Source of the DNA: Methanogenium sp. S4BF
Lineage (GTDB): Archaea; Halobacteriota; Methanomicrobia; Methanomicrobiales; Methanomicrobiaceae
Reading direction: 5' to 3'
DNA length: 40,000 nucleotides
Assembly (NCBI RefSeq): GCF_029633965.1
Contig: NZ_CP091277.1
Coordinates: 763,940 to 803,939, forward strand
Made by a program: the position numbers and the translations under genes. Shown piece by piece: positions 1 through 7,192 of this stretch (position 1 is its first letter; each line of letters starts with the position of its first letter). The notes beneath the pieces are model-generated. The model was not told where the DNA came from and made no database searches. It saw only the letters and a list, made by a program, of their open reading frames with translations.

Positions 1-915
1 GGATATGTCACAGGTACTACTAGATATAAATTAAACCAAGGTTCAATGAAAAAAATCCCTATTATTCTCCCCCCTCTCGCCGAACAGCACCGCATCGTCA
101 CCGCCATCGAGGCGCTCTTCGCCCGGCTGGACGCGGCGGAGGCACGGCTGGAGCGGGTGCCGGGCATTGTGCATCAGTTCCGACAGGCCATTTATTGGGG
201 GCTTCTAACAGATTTTGAAAACTCAAAAAAATATGTAATTAAAGATGTAATTGTTGGCACACCCCAAAACGGGTTATACAAACCGTCTTCAAAATATGGG
301 GCTGGGACGCCAATAATTAGGATCGATTCATTTTATGAGGGTAAAATTACGGATCAAATAATACTAAAAAGATTGGACTGTTCTGAATCAGAAATAAATA
401 AATTCCAACTATATGATGGAGATATTTTAATTAACCGAGTAAATAGTCTTGATTTTCTCGGTAAATGCGCCCTTATTGAAAATATTGAAGAAAATACTGT
501 TTTTGAATCGAATATGATGCGGATAACCCCTAATACAAACATCATCAATCAAAAATATCTAAATCATGTCCTATGCAGCCCTTTTATAAAAAATCAGATC
601 TTGAAAAAGGCAAAAAATGCTGTCAATCAATCGAGTATAAATCAAAAAGATGTAACTTCTTTAGTTATTTATTGTCGCCCTCTCCCCGAACAACATGAAA
701 TAGCCCGGCGCGTCGATGCCCTCTTTTCTCTCGCCGACCAGATTGAGGCAAATGTCGCAGCTGCGAAGGACCGTACCGCAAAACTCTGCCAGTCAATTCT
801 TGCCCAGGCATTCTCCGGGCAGCTGGTGCCAACCGAGGCGGAACTGGCCCGGCGGGAGGGGCGTGAGTATGAGGATGCAAATACTCTTTTAATGAGAATC
901 AAGGCAGAAAAATGA
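1..915 (+). CDS. hsdS: Type I restriction-modification specificity subunit HsdS, 5' end cut by the window edge
   Basis: The frame is open from nt 1 (GYVTGTTRYKLNQGS precedes the listed Met). Two HsdS conserved spacer helices flank a variable target-recognition domain: PPLAEQHRIVTAIEALFARLDAAEARLE, and RPLPEQHEIARRVDALFSLADQIEANVAAAKDRTAKLCQSILAQAFSGQL. The conserved parts look GC-rich and the TRD (about 190-665) looks AT-rich. Confidence 0.85.
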   Translation, partial: GYVTGTTRYKLNQGSMKKIPIILPPLAEQHRIVTAIEALFARLDAAEARLERVPGIVHQFRQAIYWGLLTDFENSKKYVIKDVIVGTPQNGLYKPSSKYGAGTPIIRIDSFYEGKITDQIILKRLDCSESEINKFQLYDGDILINRVNSLDFLGKCALIENIEENTVFESNMMRITPNTNIINQKYLNHVLCSPFIKNQILKKAKNAVNQSSINQKDVTSLVIYCRPLPEQHEIARRVDALFSLADQIEANVAAAKDRTAKLCQSILAQAFSGQLVPTEAELARREGREYEDANTLLMRIKAEK

Positions 916-1484
916 ACACAATATTTCTAAATTTCAGAGCAGATATTTTTTCAGTTCATCCAAACATTATGAAGTTTGAAAAGGAAATCTGTCATTTCAC
1001 TCCTTTTGATGGTGAGAAAGTCGCGGTTTTCTCTCAGGATGGAAAACTGATTAAAGAATTTGAGGCCGAGTATAACTTGAATAGGGAATTAATTACTGAA
1101 ATTCCTGTAGAATTTGATTCGGAATTAAGCGGAAACATTCTTACTCACAATCACCCATCCGGCACATCATTTGGCAAAAATGATTTAATGACGGCTTCCT
1201 CCATCCAATTGCAAGAAATTCGTGTTGTAGGAAAATGTGGTTTGTATTCGATGAAACCAAAGGGAAATATGTGGCCGATTTCAGAGGATATGGGAAATTA
1301 TTTTGATGCAATTAATACTAATTCTAAATTTCAATCAGAACTTAACGATATCCAATTTTCCGCTGATTTCTATTTAAATTCCAAAGATATTTATCTCGAC
1401 ATGTTACGAATCAAATCAGAACTTCGTTGTGAAAAAATAGCTGGTGCATTTGGACTTGACTATAAAAAATCCAGTTGGGGGTAA
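912..1484 (+). CDS. RadC-like JAB/MPN-domain protein (divergent metalloprotease motif)
   Basis: The start overlaps the hsdS stop (ATGA, 912-915). The motif ILTHNHPSGTSFGKNDL matches the RadC/JAB HNHPSG signature. An upstream GEKVAVFSQDGKLI segment could supply the conserved Glu. The spacing to the Asp is one residue shorter than the canonical HxHx7Sx2D. Confidence 0.55.
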   Translation: MNTIFLNFRADIFSVHPNIMKFEKEICHFTPFDGEKVAVFSQDGKLIKEFEAEYNLNRELITEIPVEFDSELSGNILTHNHPSGTSFGKNDLMTASSIQLQEIRVVGKCGLYSMKPKGNMWPISEDMGNYFDAINTNSKFQSELNDIQFSADFYLNSKDIYLDMLRIKSELRCEKIAGAFGLDYKKSSWG

Positions 1485-1628
1485 AGCCAATATGGTCAGA
1501 TCCTTCAAATTTGTTTGCCGGATGTTTAGTAAATAAAAATGTAAGACTCTTGGATAATCAAAACCAGAGTCATGTGTTCTTTTGAATAGAGTAATAGTCA
1601 ATATTTAATTAACCGCATGTCTTGACGG

Positions 1629-1820
1629 TTAGACGTATCTACTGACAATCCCGATAACACCAAGTCCTCCAAAGATAAGCCCAATACCAATTCCACCCCA
1701 AATTGCGAGTTGTCCTGCTGCGGCGTTAACGTTGGTGGCACATAATAAAATTCCAGCTATGATAAGGACGGTTACAATTCCCGTTCCTCCCATACCAAGT
1801 CCAAAAATACTTTGAGTCAT
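1629..1820 (-). CDS. Small glycine-zipper membrane protein (2 predicted TM helices)
   Basis: The minus-strand sequence reads gggaggtgaacATG, a strong Shine-Dalgarno-like GGAGGTG 3 nt before the ATG at 1820. The listed ORF starts 6 nt earlier at a GTG. The product is almost entirely G/I/L/A/V with repeated GxxxG (GLGMGGTGIV, GGIGIGLIFGGLGVIGIV). Confidence 0.5.
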   Translation of the reverse strand: MTQSIFGLGMGGTGIVTVLIIAGILLCATNVNAAAGQLAIWGGIGIGLIFGGLGVIGIVSRYV

Positions 1821-2058
1821 GTTCACCTCCCGTTCAATTTTTTACGTGTTTTTTCCTGGAACCTGAAACATCAATAAAAGTTTTATTATAGCATCATTAA
1901 CATCTTTAGCATTGTAAGAATATGGCTGGAATTGAAAGGACTATTCACATTATCCCACTTGGTCATGAAATTGATCGTGCGGTAATCACATTTGATGATA
2001 CGACAGTTGATCAGGTTTACATCCTTACCGGGCTCAAAGAACGAATTCCCGAATTGAT

Positions 2059-2718
2059 TTGAGCAAAAAACAACTCTATTACGCTAAAAAAGTAAGAGAA
2101 AAATTACAGGAAAAAGGCATATCTGTTACATGTATTCATGTGAACCTCTTCGATTTACGTGAAGTAATGAAAACAATTTCAAAAATAATCGTAGAAGAAA
2201 AAGCGAAAAATAACCGAATTTTTGTAAACATGTCAGCTGCAGGGAGGCTAACATCAGTGGCAGCAACACTTGTTGGGATGGCTCATGATGTTCAGGTGTA
2301 TTACGTCCATGCTGATGAATATCCTGATGATGAAAAAATCAGAGAAGTTCACGGTTTAAGCATTTGTTCTTCTCAGGAAATTACTCAATTATCAAATTTT
2401 AAAATTGTAATGCCTGACTCTGAAGGTTTAGAAATACTTCTTTTTCTCACGCAAAGAGAGACCGCCAGAATGAGCGATATTTTGGAAATGATGCATGATA
2501 AAAATATTGAAGGTTTCGAGGAGGATTTTAAAATGATTGAACAGTTTAAGAAAAAAAGAAGTGTCCAGAGCAGGCAATTAATGAAACTGGATAAAACGAT
2601 TATTGCTCGGTTAGAAAAAAATGGATTTGTTTTTCGAACCAAAAAGGGGAGAGCTACGTATGTTTCAATAACCGAATCAGGAATTTATGCAGCACATATC
2701 AGTGGGATGATGGAATAA
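2059..2718 (+). CDS. Csa3/CARF-like Rossmann domain plus C-terminal wHTH regulator, apparently missing its first beta-strand by frameshift
   Basis: NMSAAGR fits the CARF-type [DN]-x-[ST]-x3-[RK] loop. The C-terminus (LEILLFLTQRETARMSDILEMM ... IIARLEKNGFVFRTKKGRATYVSITESG) reads as a winged helix. The expected N-terminal strand (MAGIERTIHIIPLGHEIDRAVITF..VDQVYILTG) is encoded at 1922-2062 in a different frame. The listed start is a TTG. Confidence 0.5.
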   Translation: MSKKQLYYAKKVREKLQEKGISVTCIHVNLFDLREVMKTISKIIVEEKAKNNRIFVNMSAAGRLTSVAATLVGMAHDVQVYYVHADEYPDDEKIREVHGLSICSSQEITQLSNFKIVMPDSEGLEILLFLTQRETARMSDILEMMHDKNIEGFEEDFKMIEQFKKKRSVQSRQLMKLDKTIIARLEKNGFVFRTKKGRATYVSITESGIYAAHISGMME

Positions 2719-2809
2719 TTACTGTTATTAATAAACACAATATCATTTTTCAGAAGAATGCTTCGCTATGCGTTTAGTTCAACAGACACGATAAAAGTGA
2801 TTTTCAATA

Positions 2810-2838
2810 GTGGCATTTTTTGTAACTAACTATAACCC
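2810..2838. repeat. Diverged copy of the casposon right-end terminal inverted repeat (right terminus of an older, left-lying element)
   Basis: gtggcattttttgtaactaactataaccc matches 17158-17186 (gtggcgtttttcacaactaactataaccc) at 25/29 positions in direct orientation. The preceding aata is also shared. Confidence 0.75.
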
Positions 2839-2852
2839 TACCCAAAAATGCG
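2839..2852. repeat. Target-site duplication, left copy
   Basis: tacccaaaaatgcg versus gaaccaaaaatgcg at 17187-17200 (12/14 identical). It lies directly outside the left terminal inverted repeat. Confidence 0.7.
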
Positions 2853-2881
2853 GGGTTATAGTTAGTTGTGAAAAACGCCAC
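2853..2881. repeat. Casposon left terminal inverted repeat
   Basis: gggttatagttagttgtgaaaaacgccac is the exact reverse complement (29/29) of 17158-17186. Confidence 0.9.
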
Positions 2882-3069
2882 TTTTACTGAATTTGCAAAT
2901 TTATTTTTCATCTCATCTTTGTCTTGATATTTCCCATAAATAATATAATGAAATTAATTTATGGCATATAAGGACATCCAAGAAATTATACTACCCATCA
3001 TACTACTAACAATACTTATAATATTATATCATTATAAATATTTAATGTCTGAAACGATAATATATTAGT

Positions 3070-4023
3070 ATGTCAAACCACCCGAAGGTTTTCATTAGTC
3101 ATGCTAGTGAGGATAAAGAGAGATTTGTTGTAAAGTTTGCAGAAAGACTGCGTTATGATGGGATAGAAGCTTGGTTAGATAAATGGGAAATATTGCTGGG
3201 TGACAGTCTAGTCCAGAAAATATTTGATGAAGGTTTAGAGCAATCTGATATCATTGCAATAGTAATATCAAAATATAGTATAACTAAAAAATGGGTTAAA
3301 GAAGAGCTTGATTTAGCAGTATATAGAAAAATTGAGGGTAAATGCAGAATAATTCCAATCATTATTGATGATTGCATTGTACCAGAATCAATCAAGCACA
3401 CACTACATGTGAAAATTCAAAATCTCAACAACTATGATGCTGAATACAATGAAATTCGTTCCACAATATTTGGTGAAACAAAAAAGCCTCCACTAGGTGA
3501 ACTTCCACAATATCTAACTGCCGTTCAGATGCACATTGACAAGTTTACACATACTGACAACTACATCGCGGGCATTATTTGTGAAAAGGCATTAGAAGAT
3601 GATTATCCATTTTTTGTAACTCCCACTCAAATATTGCCAATTGTTAGTGGAAATGGCATAACAGAGGATGAATTTTATGATACTATTGAAATAATGGATG
3701 GACGGGGGTATATTGAAGCTGAACAATGTTATGGTGGAGAGATTCCAGCAATTAAAATATCAACATTATTACTTGAAAAGTATTGCAGACAATGCATTGA
3801 TGATTATGACAATAAAGTGGTATCTGTGATTTCAGCCATCGTCAATGAAAATAAGTTGGAAAATTCTGAAATTGCTGCTGAATCTGGAATCAAGCAATCA
3901 ATTGTATCACACATTCTAATCTATCTGGATAATATTGGAAAAATTAAAACCACAACAGCACATGAAGGAGTAGTACTAGTCCACCCCAATAATATGGCAG
4001 AACTGAAGCGATTACTGCGATAG
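3070..4023 (+). CDS. TIR-domain protein with an uncharacterised C-terminal (wHTH-like) domain
   Basis: The N-terminus KVFISHASEDKERFVVKFAERLRYDGIEAWLDKWEILLGDSLVQKIFDEGLEQSDIIAIVISKYSITKKWVKEELDLA follows the prokaryotic TIR pattern: FISH-x-x-x-D, W-D with G-D-S-L, a vvlS strand, and W-x-x-E-L with the candidate catalytic Glu. The C-terminal ~180 aa end in a helix-turn-helix-like stretch (SEIAAESGIKQSIVSHILIYLDNIGKIK). The gene is visibly AT-rich. Confidence 0.8.
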   Translation: MSNHPKVFISHASEDKERFVVKFAERLRYDGIEAWLDKWEILLGDSLVQKIFDEGLEQSDIIAIVISKYSITKKWVKEELDLAVYRKIEGKCRIIPIIIDDCIVPESIKHTLHVKIQNLNNYDAEYNEIRSTIFGETKKPPLGELPQYLTAVQMHIDKFTHTDNYIAGIICEKALEDDYPFFVTPTQILPIVSGNGITEDEFYDTIEIMDGRGYIEAEQCYGGEIPAIKISTLLLEKYCRQCIDDYDNKVVSVISAIVNENKLENSEIAAESGIKQSIVSHILIYLDNIGKIKTTTAHEGVVLVHPNNMAELKRLLR

Positions 4024-4162
4024 AATGAAAATATAATCTATTTTCTGAGGAAGATTAAAAATAATCCTCATGATTACTCTAAGTTGTACTCATCTGGAAT
4101 GACATATTAAATAATTACTTTCACACCACGCGGATAAATATTAAAATATATTATTCTGATCC

Positions 4163-4447
4163 ATGGTTATGCATAAATTATTTAACATCTTCTTTGAAGA
4201 TCTACGAGTAACAATTTGTTTACTCATTGTTCTAGCTGCTCTTGCAGCATTTTTTGGCGCAATCGAACCAATTACAGAAAAATATGTTCAGGATGAAAAT
4301 TCAAAAGAAAACATCGAAAATATTGAATCAATTTCAATAAACGGATTCTCTCTTCTTCTTACTATCAGTGGAATTGGAACTGTTTTGGCTGTGATAGCTT
4401 GGTTTGCGGGTTTATTTGATGGAATCATAAGTATGATAAAAATATAG
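4163..4447 (+). CDS. Small two-TM membrane protein, hypothetical
   Basis: This 94-aa ORF has two hydrophobic helices (VTICLLIVLAALAAFFGAI and FSLLLTISGIGTVLAVIAWFAGLF) separated by an acidic loop. It is AT-rich like the upstream TIR gene. No clear ribosome-binding site is visible. Confidence 0.35.
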   Translation: MVMHKLFNIFFEDLRVTICLLIVLAALAAFFGAIEPITEKYVQDENSKENIENIESISINGFSLLLTISGIGTVLAVIAWFAGLFDGIISMIKI

Positions 4448-4451
4448 AAAT

Positions 4452-5963
4452 TCAACTCTTTTTCAACAAATCCCGCAACTCATCAAGATTAACCAATATC
4501 TGCTTCTCAATACCCTCAATTGTCTCAATGATCACTTCAGGAGGGTCATACTCAATCTCTTCATATTCAATCTCCTTATATCGCGAGATCGAGAGGTCAT
4601 AATTATTCTCCTTCACTTCATCATACGGCACATAGAAGCACTTGCCCTTCCGGTCTTCAGGCACCTCATCCCTCCGGCTCCTAAAGCGCTCGATGATATC
4701 AGGGATGTCACCCTTCCCGTCAATGAGCGTCCGTTTGTCATCCAGTGAAAATCCGTCTGCCTCCATATCATAGAACCAGACTTTCTCCGTTGTCCCACCC
4801 TTCGCAAAGATGAGCACAGCGGTGGAGACCCCTGCATACGGCCTGAATACACCGGACGGCATGGAGACAATACCTTCGACCTGGTTCTCCTCAAGGAGCA
4901 TCTGGCGGAGTTTCTTATGCGCCCGTGAACTCCCGAACATGACACCATCCGGCACGATTACGGCACACCGCCCTCCAATCGTCAGGAGATGAATCATCCG
5001 CTCCACAAACAGAAGCTCCGTCTTTGTCGTGGAAAGGCTCAGGCTGTCGTTAATATCACTCTTGTCGATACTCCCCTTGAACGGTGGATTGGCAAGCACC
5101 ACTGAATACCGCTCCTCCTCATTGTAGAGCTTGGAGAGTGTATCCTTCTGCTCAATCTTCGGCGCCTTGATCCCGTGGAGCATCATGTTCATGAGCGAGA
5201 TGCGGGCCATCGTGGAATCAAAATCATAGCCATAGAACGTATCGCTCCAGAGCTTCTCCCAGTGCCGCTGTTCAGTGATATTGTCCCCGATGAGATTGTG
5301 GTATTCGCCCTCACTGTCCACCTCCAGCATATCGGGACTGGTGTATTTCCGGATAATGTACTCATAGGCGTTGATCAGGAACCCTGCTGTTCCACAGGCA
5401 GGGTCACAGATACGGTCATTGACATCCGGTTCGACCAGTTCCACCATCATCCGGATGATATGCCGGGGCGTCCGGAACTGTCCGTTTTTCCCTGCGGTGG
5501 AGAGTTGGGAGAGAAGATACTCGTAGATGTCACCCTGCGTATCACGATTCTGTGCAGTGATGTCCATCTCATCGATAATGGCAACAGCCTCCTGCAGGAG
5601 GGACGGCTTTGGGATGATGAAGACCGCGTCCCGCATCTGGCGTGCGAAGAGTGTTTTCTCCCCGTTGTGCAGGTTCTTGATGAACGGGAAGACAACATCA
5701 CGGACATGCACGAGCATCTGTTCAGCAGGATAGTGCTTCCAGTTTGACCACCGGCACTCATCCTGTCCCTCAAAGATCGAGGTATAGGCGATGTCCCGTG
5801 CCCGTGCACGGTTCTGCTCGACCACATCCATGTCCTCCAGCCGCTTCATGAAGATGAGATAGGACATCTGTTCAATGGACTGGAGGGGGTTGGACATACC
5901 ACCGCTCCAGAAGCGATCCCAGAGGGTGTCTATCTTTGATTTAAGTTCGGGGGCGAGTTTCAT
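4452..5963 (-). CDS. hsdM: Type I R-M N6-adenine DNA methyltransferase subunit HsdM
   Basis: SAM-binding motif ICDPACGTAGFL, catalytic motif LANPPFKGS, and a typical HsdM N-terminal domain (KIDTLWDRFWSGGMSNPLQSIEQMSYLIFMKRLED). The start overlaps the hsdS stop by 4 nt. Confidence 0.92.
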   Translation of the reverse strand: MKLAPELKSKIDTLWDRFWSGGMSNPLQSIEQMSYLIFMKRLEDMDVVEQNRARARDIAYTSIFEGQDECRWSNWKHYPAEQMLVHVRDVVFPFIKNLHNGEKTLFARQMRDAVFIIPKPSLLQEAVAIIDEMDITAQNRDTQGDIYEYLLSQLSTAGKNGQFRTPRHIIRMMVELVEPDVNDRICDPACGTAGFLINAYEYIIRKYTSPDMLEVDSEGEYHNLIGDNITEQRHWEKLWSDTFYGYDFDSTMARISLMNMMLHGIKAPKIEQKDTLSKLYNEEERYSVVLANPPFKGSIDKSDINDSLSLSTTKTELLFVERMIHLLTIGGRCAVIVPDGVMFGSSRAHKKLRQMLLEENQVEGIVSMPSGVFRPYAGVSTAVLIFAKGGTTEKVWFYDMEADGFSLDDKRTLIDGKGDIPDIIERFRSRRDEVPEDRKGKCFYVPYDEVKENNYDLSISRYKEIEYEEIEYDPPEVIIETIEGIEKQILVNLDELRDLLKKS

Positions 5964-7189
5964 GGTATTAGTTCTCCGGTGAATGCTTTTGATTGAAGTA
6001 ATGCAAATAAATCAGCAATTTCCTGATTAGCTTTAGATTGATCTGTAAAGGCAGAATCAATGTGTTTTAGAGATTGAATGAATTTTTCTTGAAATAATAC
6101 CGGTGGCAACACAACAACACATTTCCTCAAGTCTTTAGTGTTAAAGCTAGCTTGATTCACTGCAGGTTTTGTGATCCTCTTTATTTGGTTCATAAAAAAT
6201 GTGGTTTTAAATTGTGCCACCAAAAAAAATGGGTTTACAAGCTTTCTATTGACATTAATTCGAAATATATTATGACCGACAATAGCTGGAGAATATTCTC
6301 CTTGATATACGGCACTTTTGCCTATTCGGCTAAGACTATTCACGTAATTTAACAGGATATCATCTTTCTTTAAAACATATCGAGTGATGTCTTCAGGCAC
6401 ATCAATGTACTTCAATTTTGTCGCTTTAATGGACATTCCATCATGAATTTCTCCTGAAGTAATGTTGACAGGCCCTTTTCCTTCTGCATTCAATCTTCGT
6501 GATGGGCCAGCTTCAACTTTCTGAATTATACTACCCAGAGTTACTTTTTCCCATCCCTTAGGATTCGTCACCGGGTCACCGAACATCTCCAGAAACACGC
6601 TCTGCACCAGTTCCTGCGTGAGCGCATCCGCATCCGCCCGCAGGCGCTGCGTTGCCTCTGCTTTTTCAAGAATGGCGACAATCTTGCGCTGGGTTTCCAG
6701 ATTTGGAATTGATAATTGTATTTTTCCCAATTCTTTTCTGGGAATACGTTTGCGTGTCGTTCCCCTAGAACGCCGAATAATTTCTTTTCTACATTCTGGA
6801 GAATTAATTGCATATTTCAGCCAGTTCGGATCTATCAATGGATTATCCGGACGCAGAATACAAACATCAACAGCTGTAATACATTTCTTCTCATTTCCAG
6901 GGAAGATGCATGCACGTCCTATTGGATCAGGCATACGAGAAATTAAAATATCCCCCTTTTTTAGGAAAGTGCAATTCAATTCTATCGCTTTTTCTAATGT
7001 TAAAAATTTGTTTGAATTAAATTCAAAATATCCATCTTTAATATCTGCAAGCTGTATCAATCGGACTTGACCAGATGGATCCTGATCCTTACTTTCAACC
7101 CAATCCCCATCCGTGAAAATTCCTTCACTTGATGTCAAGTTAACTATAGAATATTGAATACTTTCTTTATTATTCTCAATTATATTCAA
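5960..7189 (-). CDS. hsdS: Type I R-M specificity subunit HsdS
   Basis: Two target-recognition domains are separated by a central conserved helix (ETQRKIVAILEKAEATQRLRADADALTQELVQSVFLEMFGDP). The C-terminal conserved helix ends ...LLQSKAFTGELIP. It sits between hsdR and hsdM. Confidence 0.88.
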   Translation of the reverse strand: MNIIENNKESIQYSIVNLTSSEGIFTDGDWVESKDQDPSGQVRLIQLADIKDGYFEFNSNKFLTLEKAIELNCTFLKKGDILISRMPDPIGRACIFPGNEKKCITAVDVCILRPDNPLIDPNWLKYAINSPECRKEIIRRSRGTTRKRIPRKELGKIQLSIPNLETQRKIVAILEKAEATQRLRADADALTQELVQSVFLEMFGDPVTNPKGWEKVTLGSIIQKVEAGPSRRLNAEGKGPVNITSGEIHDGMSIKATKLKYIDVPEDITRYVLKKDDILLNYVNSLSRIGKSAVYQGEYSPAIVGHNIFRINVNRKLVNPFFLVAQFKTTFFMNQIKRITKPAVNQASFNTKDLRKCVVVLPPVLFQEKFIQSLKHIDSAFTDQSKANQEIADLFALLQSKAFTGELIP

Positions 7190-7192
7190 TCA

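Noticed and set aside
3070-4023. Thoeris system (ThsB TIR protein with ThsA)
   Set aside because: No SIR2, SLOG or Macro-domain ThsA-like partner is present within or next to the element. I report only a TIR domain, not a Thoeris system.
5175-5747. 190-aa plus-strand ORF and other ORFs overlapping hsdM
   Set aside because: They are antisense shadows of hsdM, which carries the NPPF and SAM-binding motifs. They show no motifs of their own.
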